Shown: piece by piece, positions 1 through 14,699 of the stretch
Layout of the letters: the number at the start of each line of letters is the position of its first letter
How positions within the stretch are numbered: the first letter of the stretch is position 1
Assembly: GCF_000315625.1 (NCBI RefSeq)
Contig: NW_005434580.1
Location: forward strand, 118,846 to 170,247
From: Guillardia theta CCMP2712
Taxonomy: Eukaryota; Protista; Cryptophyta
DNA: 51,402 nt
Direction: 5' to 3'
Position numbers and translations under genes: made by a program
Notes under the pieces: generated by a model
Told to the model about the DNA's origin: nothing
What the model saw: only the letters and a program-made list of their open reading frames with translations
The model's database searches: none

Positions 1-215
1 TCCCCTCCCTCCCTCCCTCCCTCCCCTCCCCTCCCCCTCCCCTCCCTCCCCTCCCCCTCCCCTCCCCTCCCTCCCCTCCCCTCCCTCCTCCCTCCCTCCC
101 CTCCTCCCTCCCTCCCCTCCCCTCCCCTCCCTCCCCTCCCCTCCCCTCCCCGTCCCCTCCCCTCCCCTCCCCTCCCCTCCCCTCCCCTCCCCTCCCCTCC
201 CCTCCCCTCCCCTCT
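1..215. repeat. (CCCT)n/(CCCCT)n polypyrimidine microsatellite, intronic
   Basis: Direct reading; lies in the intron that follows the PSWFLEDIIVYNLKT exon of the minus-strand PLAT gene. Confidence 0.9.
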
Positions 216-338
216 TCTTCTCCCTCTCCTCTCCTTTTCACCTCCTTTTCCCATCGTTCCTTCCTCTCCTCCTTCATCTCCCTCCTACTCTTCTCCCCAG
301 CCCCCAAAGTTGACCACCACACACAAAGACATCGCTCA

Positions 339-2284
<1,946 letters not shown>

Positions 2285-2757
2285 GACCTAACCGACCAAG
2301 AAGTTCAAGTCTGAGCCGAAAGTTTGAAACTTTCAAGGTACCAACGTCAAAAGTTTGTTTTGTTGTAGAAACTTTGTTACGCCGGTCTCTATGGGGATGA
2401 AGATAATGGGAGGAGGCAGGGGAGGAGGAGGGAGGAGGGGAGGAGGGGAGGAGGGAGCAGGAGCAGGAGCAGGGGAGGGAGAGGGTAGAGGAGGAGGAGT
2501 AGGAGGAGGAGGGAAAGGAGCAGCGGCAGCTGCAGCTCTCGTTGTCGCGATGAAAGCTGTATCTTGGCTGATACGTAATGTGATGATGTAGATGTAACGA
2601 TGTCATTGTTGTCTCTTGTACTTGTGCTGATGTGGAAAGTGATCATGAGAACGGAGAAGACAGCGAGCACGGGAGTGTGCCATGAAACCATTAGGAAGAT
2701 TTATGGCTGGGGGGAGGAGGAGCATGTGTGGTTATGATAATCTCCAGCAGTCTCAAG

Positions 2758-5287
2758 ATGATCGCAAATGCCCCCGAGGAGGCAAAGATGATGGTTCGGA
2801 GGAGGATGGCGAAGGTAGAGCATGATGAATGTGTGCTGCTGCTCTGACATCCATGCAGGACAACAACTGTCTTTTCCATTCTGTGGGCTATCTTGCAGAA
2901 GGGAGGCAGGGCAGTATATGCTCTGAACTTCGAGCGGGTATGAAAGTTTTGACGTTCGCCTGCTCCCCTGTAAGTTTGGATGGGAACAGCTGTAGCTGAG
3001 CACGTTGCTCATGACCCGGCGATCGATGAAGTTCTCTTGGTAAGTGTGACATTTGGCTTCTGTCTACACTCCCTGCTCCAGTCGCGTTGATGGAAGTCAA
3101 CAGGGAACGAACGTGCAAGAATACTGCCAATGGATCAAGAATGAGATGAACTGGGGTACTTGTGTGTGGAGAGGAGAGATGTTGAGGCTGAAAACATTGC
3201 AGGAGGGGAGACGGAAATCTACATCCTGGCGAAGAAGTACAACCTTGAGATCATTGTGGGGACTTGTCTGCGTTGGAACATGTCAGAGAGGCTGACGGGT
3301 TGTCAATGTTAAGGTGGTGATGATGGCAGAGAAATCTACTGTCTTGACATACGGAGGTTTCAACACGCATGCTTTTTGTGAGATGGAAGGAATGATCATG
3401 AAGAACAGGCGAGAATCGTGCTGGAAGGATCTACATCTTATACACAGGTGTGTTTTCGTTTTCTGTTTGCCCATGATGCGAGACGTTGATGATGTTGTTA
3501 CGATGATGTTGTTGCGACGATGTTGTTGCGACGATGTTGTTGCGACGATGTTGTTGCGACGATGCTGTTGCAACGATGCTGTTGCAACGAAGGTGTTATG
3601 ACGATGTTGTTATGACGATGTTGTCACGATGACGACATTATGATGATGGCGTTACATTCCAGGACAACATTATGATGCGCTCGTCGGTGTAAAGGAAGAA
3701 GATGATCTGCCAGAAGCCGAGGTATCGTCATGGGCAGTGTGGAATAAGCACGAGGGTCGTGCTGAGATTGTTTGGCAGACGAGAATCTTTCCAGCAGGGG
3801 AGGAAAAATTTGATGAGCTTGCGATCAAAGCAGGAGATTTCTGTTACCAGGTGCCGATAAACAGTGTCAGGAGGAGTTGGGGAAGTACAGAGATGATTTG
3901 CTTGCTCAGGAGGAGCTGAAGAGAAAGTCTGTGCAGCTGAAGAAGGTGTGATTGGAGTTCAGATGTTGAATCACTGCCCTTACGAGTTCGATCCTCAGAT
4001 GTTGAAGTGTCTTGGGTGCAATGCGATCTTGAGAGATACGGAGGAATTTCAGAAGCATTGCAATGAGGCAGAGCGGAAAGTCTTGAGTGAATGGATGTAA
4101 CGACTTTGCAGGTTGAGCACGATGACGATTTTATGTACGAGTGTGATGAAGTAGAAGTCGAATGTCAATCAGCGAATGAGGTTTGATATCGTTTTTTCAC
4201 TGTTCTCTATACTGGCAACTGATCAGGTGCTTAGGATGAGATGACGGAGAAGTATCATATCTTTTACAATACTGACAGCGATCCTCTCTCAAACTACTTT
4301 CTCTGCGAGGTTTGTGCTTTCTTGATGATATCTCACACCAGATTCTCAACTTCGATTCTTTTGCAGCTCAATGTAGACGGACAGACTTACAAATCAGTGG
4401 AGCACTACATTCAGTGCGTGAGGTGAGATGTGAAATTTCTTTTGTTGTGCGAAATCTGAACTTGTTTGCAGGTATGCTCCTCATGTTGGGCTTGTCAACA
4501 CGATTCAGAACGCAAAAGATGCTTTTGAGGTGAGATATGTGCGTTGGATAGATGTCAAAATTCGTGGTGGGGGTGCAATGTGCAGGAAAAGAAAGAGAGA
4601 CATAGTTACTACAATTGAAGTATGCTGCAATGTAGTGCGATATTTCGATGTATACGTGTTCCATTGTTTGTCTTGATATGATTTGACATCGCAAACTTGC
4701 CAGGTTCTGGATATCGTTGCACAGACAGAGTGCGGAGAAGTAAGTGGTTGGGACAACGTGAGTTATCTCGGACGATAGATGGAAGGAATGACCATCATGT
4801 AGATGAAACAATCCGTCACGATGAAGGGCATGCGAGCTAAGTTCATGTGAAGTCCGAATGTTGCTCCACGTGCAACCAAACCATGCTTGCAGGCAAAATG
4901 ATCAGGCGAGAGAAGCATTGTTGAAGTCAGGAAAGAAAGACATCTTGCTGGTTGGCGGAGGGACATGGAACGGTCAGTGTATAGTTGATATTTTTGTCAC
5001 TTGTTGAACTGTTTGTGTCTTTATACCTTCCCTTGCTCCTTTGCGTGCATCTGGTGTCTTGTTTCTTTCACAAGGGCACAACTTGACTTAGTTTGGATGG
5101 ATTCTCAATCTTAAGCCATCATCAGTCCTCAACGTTAACTCACTCACTTCATCTCCCTCACTTCATCTCCTTCGCTCTGTTTGATTTTGATCGACCAGGT
5201 GTGCAAGTGGAAGGCGAGGAAATCATCGGCAGGAATGTCGTCGGGCGGGCACTGAAAGATCTGAGAGAAGAAGTCGAGAAACGATGA
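2758..5287 (+). CDS. OTU1/YOD1-like deubiquitinase + C2H2-like Zn finger + C-terminal NADAR (YbiA-like) domain, many exons; true start uncertain
   Basis: Exons encode MVRRRMAK|DNNCLFHSV (OTU Cys box), EYCQWIKNEMNWG, RIYILYTG|QHYDAL (His box), LKCLGCNAILRDTEEFQKHC...EH (Zn finger), LSNYF..VDGQTYKSVEHYIQ, MKGMRAKF, GRNVVGRALKDLREE (NADAR motifs). Confidence 0.8.
3495..3630. repeat. Degenerate 14-bp tandem repeat (gttgttgcgacgat)n in intron
   Basis: Direct reading, between OTU exons. Confidence 0.85.
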
Positions 5288-5532
5288 TGATGAAACGATT
5301 GCGATGAAACAAACAGGTATCGAGATCGGAGTTGATTACAGCGAAAACAAGAATGCATATGATGACAATGACGACAACGGCGATGATGGTGTTGGGAAGA
5401 ATACGGTTGTTCAGTGAGCTGGTTGGGATTTCAGGGTGAGATGGTGGCCATTAGCGATTTTCTTACGTGTTGAGATGTGAAGGTAGAAATTTTCAATGGA
5501 AACTCTTTTACAGATTCTGAAAAAAATGCATG

Positions 5533-8500
5533 TTATGTCACATCGTTGTCGTCATCGCTTCCCCGATATCTTTCATCATCCCCTTCTTCTTCATCTTCCA
5601 CATTCTTCTCTTGAAGACGTTTCAAGTATGCAACCCTCTGCTCTTCAAGCTCCTTCCTTATCATCTCTTCCACCTTCTTCTTCCTGCTCCTCGTCTCGTC
5701 GTCCATCTCCCCTTCTTCTCCCTTCTCTCTTCCATTCTCTTGTATCTCCTGCACCTTACAATAGAACATCAGATTAACTCGCAACACATCTGGTAGCTAC
5801 CTGCTTCGCAAGAAGACTCTCTTCGTTCACTCGAGACATGTCTTTTTTCCACCATGATTCCCAGTCAGTTGCATTTGATGTCTCTATCAGTGTTGCTTGA
5901 GAACAAGTTGCCTTCTCGTCAACATCCTCATCCTGCTCATCGGCACCATACGCATCATCTTCATCTTCAGCAACGTAGTTGTCCCGCTCCTCCTCGCTCG
6001 CCGCTGGCATCTTGATTTGAGTCGGCACAACAACCTTTCCACACTCTTTCTTTTCCAGCAGCTCGAGCTTGTCTTGCATCTTTCATCTACCATGTTAACA
6101 ACCAATATCAAGTCAAACATCTTCAAACCAACCTTCCTCAACGGTGTTATCATATCGAACACAGCAGCTGTCGCAAACGCATCTCTTGCTCTTTCGAAAA
6201 GAAACCTTGCTTGCTCAACGGCCGGCGGGTGCTGTCGGATCGCAGCCTTAGCACCCTCAAAGCATCTCTCCCCCTCAATCTTCCTCTGTTTCATTCTTAG
6301 CATCCGAACTTCTGATATGTCATTCATGGTCTTCTCCCAGTCCTGTTGCACTGTGCTCCCCTCGATCAGGATGGTCACATTCGTTCCGTCATCCAGTTTG
6401 TTGGTGATGATCTTTCCTCCTCTTGCCGCAAACTCGTCCAACTTTGCTTGTCTTGCAATCTTTGCAATGATGTCAGATTCGTGTCTTGTTTCAAGGCAGC
6501 TAGCAAACCGCTTCTTGCTCTCTTCTCCTCTCCTCAGCCTTCTCCTCCTCTAGCTTCTCTCGCGCTTCCTCCTGTCACGGGCCATCACAAGCAGCGCAAG
6601 TTGATGTACCTGATTCCAACTTTGTCAATCCATTCTTTCATCGTCAGACCCGAGAGAGCTTGAGATACGAGCTTTGACGAGCACTCCTCAACTATCTTAC
6701 AAAACAATTTCCACTCTTGTCTGCAGTTTGATTCAACAGGTCTCGTCAAAGAGCTCATCACCCATCATCGACATCACCTTGTCTCATGACTTGTCAGCAC
6801 TCCCATCGTCTTCATGGAATGCTCAGCAACTGATATCGCATCCTGCAACCTGTTGCTGCATTTCAGATGATTCTGCGATTGTTGTCCACATGTCAGAAAA
6901 CTCTCAGCTCTACCAGTCAGTAGATTGTTTGATATCGCACTTGTCACTTACCTCCCACAACGGAGCATGGATGATGCAAGCTCAATGTTGATAAACGTTC
7001 TTCTCCTCTCACTCATGAAGCTCTCTTTTTCGCGATCGTTGAGACTTTGCAAACTCTTGTTGAGAAATGAGATGCATTCTTCCCACCTTCCCAAAGATCG
7101 ATAGATGCCGGCGATGTCTCGTTGCGTGTATGAAAGCAAGGAGTCGACAAGTAGCGGCGATTGAAACAAGTCCATTCGTTCGAAGACACACCTCAGCGAG
7201 CTCTGTAGACAAAAAGGAACATCACAAGGCGTTGTTAGGAAGAGAAAATCACGAAGACAGACAGTTGTTGACACTTTTACTAACCTCCAAATCTCTCTGT
7301 TGGATGTAAATCGTGGCAATAAGGTCCAGAATCAAACCGCACATGTTCTTCACTGCATCATTTGCAAGCATCAACGACCAATATTCACATGTTTGCAAAG
7401 AGACAACTTCTTCCGATCTGAGGCCCAGCGTCTTACAGTGCCTAGTTTTGTTGAACATGTCGTATAGCATCTTCAACGCAAGGTTGCAGGACATCTCATC
7501 CGATATCTGCGCCATACATTGCGCGTGGAGACAAGTTTTTAGGATCGAATGCACGTTTGCAGTTGAAGATTTAGCTGACTGACAATCAGAGGAAATGTTT
7601 CTGGAGAAAATTCCTGAGAGGTCACTTGCTCGCTGATAGCAAGCACAAGACATCTTGAAAATGTTTTGTTGCAGTTCCGAAGAAGCTGTCGAAGAAGGTG
7701 TTCGGAGAGTTCCATCTAGCGCCTGATGCAACAGGTTGGTTACAAGTTGTTCATATCATCTGTAAGATGAACAAGGAAGATATGTTCGTGAGGGATGATT
7801 ACAATCAAAGAGCATGACAGCGAATGACAGACGTGAAGGTGTAAGACAACAGTACAACCGTATGAGTGAGTTGTGTCTGCAATGACAGGGCGGCAACTTC
7901 ATGAAAGATAGAGATCTTCGCGCGCGTCCTCATGATCTCTCCAAGACGAGCTGTGACGCAACTGCTGCAGACTCGAAGACTTGGACAAGCCTTCAAACAG
8001 TCTTGCAAGCAAGCGAGCAGGTCGTCAGGCATGCTCGACCGAGGAGGGGAACGGGAGACTTCTGTGTTGTGTTCGAGATCGAGATGTTCTTTGCAACATA
8101 ATGTCAAGCTCTCCCATCCTCCTGCCCTCAGTTTGCCCGTCCACCCGTGCATGTAGATGATCAGCATCGCAAGACTCCAAACGTCTGAACTTGTAGATGG
8201 AGAGGATGAAAAGGCTGGGAAAGATCGCACTGGGGATGTTTCAAACCAAACATGTATCAAGATAGCTTCAGCAAGGTGATTGTTGACTCGCAAGGCTGTA
8301 CAAACTTGTGCGCTCGTTTGAGCGTCCTCCTGTCTCCATGGAAGTTTCACACGTAACATCTCATTTGTCTGCTGAGTCTTTTCACATGTGTCAATTACCA
8401 CTTCTCCCTTGCTCGACACGACGATTCTCTTGTCACCAGCACTTAACTCCTGCAAGCTCAGTTTGCATTCTCCCAACAAAACCCCACTCCCTGCTGCCTC

Positions 8501-10981
8501 CAACGCAACGTACAAGGTAGTCCAACTGCTGTCTTGCAACTGCATCTCTATCGAACATTCGCTGACCGCAGACAACAGGATTGTCTCTTGGGGTAACTTG
8601 ACACCATCCCAGTACTCGTCGAAATCGAAAATTTTCATCCCCTCCTCCTCCTCGCCTGCCCCTGCTGCTTTCATTCCACCTTTTTCGCCTCTTTTCCCCG
8701 TATCCCTCTCCTCCTCCTTATTTTGCTCCTCATCTTTCCTCCTCCTTTCCCATCCACATGCTAGGGAACATTCCTCCGGCGACCAAAACCCCGCCCTTCC
8801 ACTGACAACCGCATTCCTGCAGTCTTCATATCTGACTGCTCCCGATACATTCGTAGAACATGCACGACATGTTTGGAACGATCGCAAACTTTCTTCCATC
8901 TTGACTGTTGTTGTGCTATCTTTCCAATCACACAACATGGCGTGCACGTTCGGCCAGTTGAGCTCGACGGCTCCTGATTGCAACTTGACATAATCTGTGA
9001 CATCTTGGTGAAAAAGACATCGGACTAGTATCACTTGAGGAGAAAGGCTAAGGTGTGCCGACGACTCTGACCACTCGTACGGGCTGTCCACCCGGGGACG
9101 ACAGTGAACGTGCGAGCTCGGAGCGTGGAGGAAAGAGACTGCAGATGAAACCTGAAAGAGATGAATGAGACTTTCGTCTGAGAAACAAGTCGACAATCTT
9201 CAACAAACAAGCATTCACAAGACTTGCATCAGAAAGAAATCATCTCGCACCTCAGAACATGTCACATTTTTCGCTTAAATTCTCACTGAACACGCCACAT
9301 TTCTCACTGAACACGTCACATTTCTCACTGGCCGTCATCACATTCTTTCCACTGCCCTGACGACCTTAATTACCTGCAAGGAGATGTGCAACAAACTCAT
9401 CGCCCAATCACTCTCCTTGTTCTTGTCCACGACATCATCCTCAAGACGGTACGCTCTTCTTGTTGTCGGATGTATCAACCATTCGTTCAGCGCTACATAA
9501 CCATGTAGGAAGGGAGCTGCAAATATTTTCGCTCCCCCAAGACTGTCAGTGAATGCGATTGGAAGCATGTGTGGATGAGGTCGGACCTGATAGGAAAGGA
9601 AAGGCAACAGGCTGCAAGGTTTCATCGGGTGATCTTGTTGAGATTTCGAAGACCTGCAGTTGCTGTACAGTATGTTGATATGAGATCGAGCATGAAAGTA
9701 ACTTCTCTCCTTGACATCATTCCAAATCAGCCTCACTGCAAACTCTCCGGCCCCACCATCGCGGCGCTTGAAAACATTCGAGCTCCCTGTCTGCATGAAC
9801 AACAGCAAATCTTGGTGCAGCTGCTGAAATGAATGCTGTCGACTCTTTTGCGGCTCTTCGTTTCTGGGCATGAGGAGATTGCAATCAACCAGCTCACGTA
9901 GCAACAAGTAAGATCTCAGGTACAAGAGGTCCACTGACAGAGACAACCAACACATCGCATCATCTTGTCCAGTATGCAAGCAAGCTGGAAATGTGATGCT
10001 GCTTTCAAACACGAGCACCTTCAGAGAGTTTTCGAGGTTTGATTGCAGTTTCTGCTCCATCCCAGCTGAGCTGAGCTGATCTTCCAAGTCACACGAGTTG
10101 GCTGAGTCCTCCGTGGCAAACGTCAAAATCTCACAATCCAACAGCGAGCGTTGAGGGAGCAAGTATTCGAAGTTTGATATCATGAGCTCAATCATATCCT
10201 CCCTCACTTCACTGAGGTACAACTTCTGCCCTGCGCTCGACGTTTCCCAACTGACACTCTTTTTACCCTCAACGCGTTCTTCCGCTGGTGGGAAAGGATT
10301 GCCTGCATGTCTACCTTCAAGCGTCTCTTCGGAGTTGACGCAAGTAATTGTGCTCGTATCCAAAGCTGCGCCACTCTTTGGTTCAACATGCTCAGAGCAC
10401 ATGGAAACTTGTTTCAAATCATCCATAAATAGTCCATCGACCTTGAATTTCGAATCGCATTCCCTTACAACTCTTTTTCCATCCCGTTCCTCATGGTTTT
10501 CTTTCTCCCTCTCCTCCAATGCCTCTTCCCCTGTTTCATCCTCCGTCCCTTCCTCTCTCCTTCCATCCCCATCCTTCAAGATCCGCGATTCCCTCGCATC
10601 TGAAAAACTCTCCTCATCCCCGCCATGTTGCAACCCGCCCTGTACAATTTCAGGTAAGAACAGCCCTCCTCGTTCCCGGCAACAACACACCGAGCAAGCA
10701 ACCAACTGGTTCTCCTCAGAACCTGCGGCTGCCTCATCAGCAACCTTCATCCCTCCGCTTCCCGCCGTCCTTGCCGCCACCTTAACCAGCATCATCAGCG
10801 GCTCCTCCCAGGACCAGCCATCGTCGCCATTCACCGGGACAGGAAGCGAAGGCTGCGGGCCATGGTCCTTGCGATCTGGTAGCTTCTTCTCTTCCCCTGC
10901 GAGCTGTTCGCTGCTACGAGGAGGAGCAGCTGGTACCCCGCTAGCCTTGGAACGTCTTGACTTCCCTATTACTCCACCCAT
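5533..10981 (-). CDS. Large multi-exon protein with degenerate kinase-like domain followed by TPR-like/helical and charged C-terminal regions (full-length copy)
   Basis: Probable start MGGVIGKSRRSK (myristoylation-like); kinase-like remnants FHQDV, LCDW, GFWSPE, SDVWSLAMLI, CLKACPSLR; downstream ORF pieces 7731-6948 (DIAGIYRSLGRWEECISFLNKSL, TPR-like), 6441-5887, 6079-5533; joining into one gene is inferred. Confidence 0.55.
9281..9330. repeat. 20-bp intronic tandem repeat (ttctcactgaacacgtcaca-type); one more unit in the right copy (26142-26212)
   Basis: Direct comparison of both copies. Confidence 0.85.
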
Positions 10982-11341
10982 GACCCAGGTACCAGGTTGC
11001 TGATCTGCCTCGTTGTCAGAAAGGCGATATCGCTCCTCCCAACTGCTTCCGTGAACTCTTCTTGCAGCATCCCTCTCCCTCTCCCTCTCCCTCTCCTCCC
11101 TCTCCCCTCCCCTCCTCCCCTCCCCCTCCTCCCCCACCTCCCTCTCCCCACTCCCCTCTCCTCCCCTCTCCTCTCTCCTCCACTCCCCTCCCCTCTCCTC
11201 CCCTCTCCTCTCCTCTCCTCTCCTTTCTTGTTCGCTTCTCTCGTCTCCAACTCCAACTCTACTCTTCCGGGTAAAGACTCAAAAGAAACCAACAACTCTG
11301 AGGCGTGTATAGCCTAGCACAGATTCAAAAGGGCGTGTAAG

Positions 11342-11404
11342 TCAAGCCTCCCCGACTCTCCTGATTGTCCTCCTACTGATTTTTAACTTAAAACTTTGAG
11401 TAAA
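11342..11404 (+). promoter_or_regulatory. Conserved ~62-bp dispersed element in a divergent promoter (also 28219-28281 and inverted at 49655-49717)
   Basis: tcaagcctcc..cgactctcctgattgtcctc.tactgatttttaactta..actttgagtaaa found three times; function unknown. Confidence 0.6.
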
Positions 11405-11607
11405 GAAAATGTCACGTTTGTACTACGGCCAGTCTACACCAGAAGGCGCCGGGCCGGGGCCGGGCCGGCCCATGCCCGGGTGACAGTCCCCCCGGAAGTT
11501 GACAGTATTATAAAATCAATTATAATAACTTTACGGGCCTCTCACAGTACGGTAGTACCGTTTGTCGCCATGCTCGGCTAGTGAAAGAAGGGCAGGGGGC
11601 GCAGGGG

Positions 11608-12358
11608 ATGCGGGGATTCACGGTCCTCGTCCTCGTCCTCTCCTTGCTCTCTGTGTTAGTTCGTGTCGTCCTCTTCACCCCTCGACCCCGCCATGAGGAG
11701 CCGTCGAGTCGGAGCGCCCCTTCGGTGAGTGACCATGGGAAGCTGAGCAAGGCGATGGGGAGGGGGCAGAGGGTTCCTTCCGTTCAACTCAAGAACAACA
11801 TCACGGAGACGAGGGAGAGAAGAGCTGAAGGGGGGAAGAACGCAAGGCTCAGCAACACTGCTATCAAGGTAGCAAGCTCTCCCCCGAACAAGACTGCGAA
11901 CCTCCATGATGGAAAGCCCAGGATCGCTGACTTGCATCGGACAGCAGCCTCCAAACCTGAGCCGGAGAGGATCCTACGACCAGTGAAGCTTCCAGTGCAG
12001 TCGGAACACCCAGCAAGGGACTCTCAGCCAGCTCGGCTAAGTCTGGATGAGTTCATTCATGCCAAGAGGTGCCTTGCTCATCCGAGCATCGAGGAGTCTT
12101 TGCGTCCTTACCGCTCTGCTTCGTGTGCTGGGCGAGTGACACAGTCAGTGTGACACAGTCAGTGGTGAGGAGGAAGGTGCGGGAGGATGAGGACTATGTT
12201 GGCGTCAGCATCCACAACAACCATGTCACCCACTACGGTACTGAAGGAACTCGATGGGAGAAAAGTAACAGAGTGACCAACGGGCTCGTTCAAGACATAG
12301 CCAAGGTGGCTGACGAGGTAGAGTTGCCCGATGTCGAGTTCACTGCATACTTCCATGA
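11608..12358 (+). pseudogene. 5' fragment of GT90 glycosyltransferase gene (truncated, frameshifted)
   Basis: Matches 28485-29236; has a 15-bp deletion and a 14-bp tandem duplication tgacacagtcagtg (12137-12164) that creates a stop. Confidence 0.9.
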
Positions 12359-12747
12359 CATATGTCATCGTTGCTGTGCGGAAACCATTCCTGTAGAGTT
12401 GGAAGGTGCCATAAGATACTTGCAAGGAAGAAGCGGATACACTTTTGAAATCCTGCCGGGAAACTGCTGTAACCTGATATGAACCTCTCCCATCCGATCT
12501 CTTCTATTTGCTTCAATCCTTCCGTTGTGAAGTGGGGTGGAAGTACAGCAAAGTCTGCCGTTCCGCTGTCGTTGCCAGCAAGAATCCTGCCTGCGAACTG
12601 GTCTCCACCCGTTCCACCAAGGATATAGCGATCCTGCGTCTCTCCTGCCACATTTTTACTTGTTATCCCTGTTCCGCGATTTCATAGCAGACATACCTAT
12701 CTTCCAGTTGGCTCGGATATACACAGTTGGAGCTCCTGGCAACAGTC
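12359..12747 (-). mobile_element. Crypton-type tyrosine recombinase fragment (catalytic C-terminal boxes) with 52-bp intron
   Basis: [18 protein letters not shown]|intron 12696-12645|ETQDRYILGGTGGDQFAGRILAG..DFAVLPPHF...FFLASILWH, matching the recalled Crypton pattern RAGWxxGxxQDRY..GDQFxGR..AG..FAxLPPHF. Confidence 0.8.
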
Positions 12748-13063
12748 CTGGACTACTCGCCGACGGCGACGATAGGAGAGACGAGCTGCAAGCGGGCTAG
12801 CTGGACCTCCGACACCTCCATCCTCTGCACGACCCCAGCTTGCACGAACTACCTGGCAGGCGCAAACTACGACCTCCCGCTGCAGGTGGAGGTCGGGCTG
12901 GCCTACTACACAGATGGGAAGCAGCTGGGGGTAAAGATCGCTGCCTTCACGTGCGACTTCCCCATCCCCGTCTTCTTCAAGCTGAACAACAACGAGATCA
13001 ATCTTCTCAGCTTCCTCGCCTCCCTCCTCCTCGCCGGCCTCGTGGTCTGCTGCCTCCACAGGA
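12748..13063 (+). pseudogene. Inverted 316-bp copy of IPT/TIG gene segment 35270-35585
   Basis: Same peptide [18 protein letters not shown]...LVVCCLHR; both segments are 316 bp. Confidence 0.95.
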
Positions 13064-14699
13064 CAGCTCTCTGTCCAGAAGCAGAGTGACACTGTTTGCC
13101 CGAAGTTGTAGAGCTGCAGGCCGCACGCTCCACAAGCATTCATGGTGGACGCGTTGTGAATGACCTCCACTCTGATGCCCATCTCCTTCGCTCTCAGGGC
13201 GATGTCAGTGTGTGTAGTTGCCCCGTACACGTCTCCAACAACAAGAAACGCAACCTCTGCCGTCCTCGCTGCAAGCAACATCTCATCTGAGTTCGACTCC
13301 ACCGCCTCTCTGTCCATCAGCTCCACCTCCCTCCCGTAGAACTCCTCCAGTTTGCTCTTCTCTACCCCGAGGATCGACGTGTATCCCTCAAGATACACAT
13401 GCTTGCAGCGTTTCACAACCTGCAGGCCGCACACTGTGATGTCCTGCTCGTTGCTCAACCCCAGCCCGATCAGGTACAGAACGCCTGTCGACTTGTCTGT
13501 CTTCTCCTCCATGGCTGGAGAAATCCCGCTTCCTCTCCTCAAGGAGATGGAGTGGGGGCGTATTAGTGTACCTCCACAGGGGATGACGAGGCACAGAAGG
13601 AGGAGGAGGAGGAGGATGAGGAGGCGGCGGGAGATGGGTGACGAAGAGGTTGTGGCATAGGAAATTACAACTTTTGCAACGGGGGTTTCAAGGTTCTTGT
13701 TACTCTGCTTTGTACTTGTATCAGAGACCCAGCAAATGTTTGTTGAGCTTTCGTTGAGATCGTTCTTCTTGGGGAAAACGTGTTGATGCAATTGCTGTGC
13801 TGATCTTGGTGAGTTCAATCGTTCGGTGGTTCAAGTTCCTTTAGATAAACGCACTACACAATTTATGTTCCAGATGTTGTGACCGACTCTCAGTCATTGC
13901 AGGGAGGATTATGATAGAGTGCCAAATTTTATTTCTAAGAGATCAACAGAAAGTTCCGCAACATATTGGAGACCGACACTTACTGATGTTTCAGTAGAGT
14001 GTCTCCTTACTTTCAATCGACGTGCAATCAAAACGCACTTGATTGGGTGACTTTTGACTCTGAGTTTTGGCTACGATTTTCCACTATACACCTGAGCGTA
14101 CGCATGAAGCAGGTGCACCAGATAGCATTTCATGGAGTCTGAGTTGAGATGTTCGAGCACATACAGTGTGGAAGCCTGCGCGACATGTCGCAAGAGACTC
14201 TCATTCTTCAGAGACGATCTGATGACGTGGATAAGGTTGGAAACATCTCGCTTGAAGGGAATGAAGTGATGGTACGGCTGCAGATCCCTGTACCAGAACT
14301 CTTCGCTTGTGGATTCTTGCTTCAAGACTACCACGTTGCTGGCAAGGAAGTCAAGCAGGCGGTCAGGAACCGAGTTACCATCCGGCACGACGACTAGCTT
14401 GTACTGCCACTGTTCAGAGTGCGAGACTCGTCCTCTCGATAGAAACCCTTCCTTCTCCATGACTCTTGCAACCTGGTCGGAGTCTGTCTGAACGATGTTT
14501 GTGAAGCGAGCATCAATAAGTTCCGGGTGATCCAAGGAGGCCTGCACGATCTTGCTCCTGGGGAAATCCCTCCAGTTGTTGAGCGTGTAAACACCCCCTG
14601 TTGTCGATCCTCTGAAAAAGGCTTTGTTCTTCTTGCTTTCAAAGGGGATGCTGTTGTCCAACGCTGCTGTCTTCAAGAAAGAGTCTGTAAACCCTGTCA
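13064..14699 (-). pseudogene. Inverted copy of 29344-31335: DPH5 5' half (13064-~13620), intergenic DNA, GT90 3' half (14071-14699)
   Basis: Translations match DPH5 (with NASIMNA>NASTMNA) and the GT90 C-terminus; the intergenic part has many indels and lacks ~30470-30785. Confidence 0.93.

Larger units (their letters stand above)
7854..12358 (+). repeat. Left copy of ~4.5-kb direct segmental duplication (partner 24716-29236)
   Basis: Near-identical sequence and ORF translations; similarity starts at acaaccgtatgag and stops after cttccatga. Confidence 0.97.

Noticed and set aside
1-215. Possible telomere at window start
   Set aside because: Irregular CCCT/CCCCT tract like other intronic tracts, and it follows a splice donor of the PLAT gene
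12697-13818. 373-aa ORF as a novel DPH5 fusion gene
   Set aside because: Chimeric read-through of truncated DPH5 into the antisense strand of the TIG fragment; no ATG-led leader, and a conserved motif is mutated
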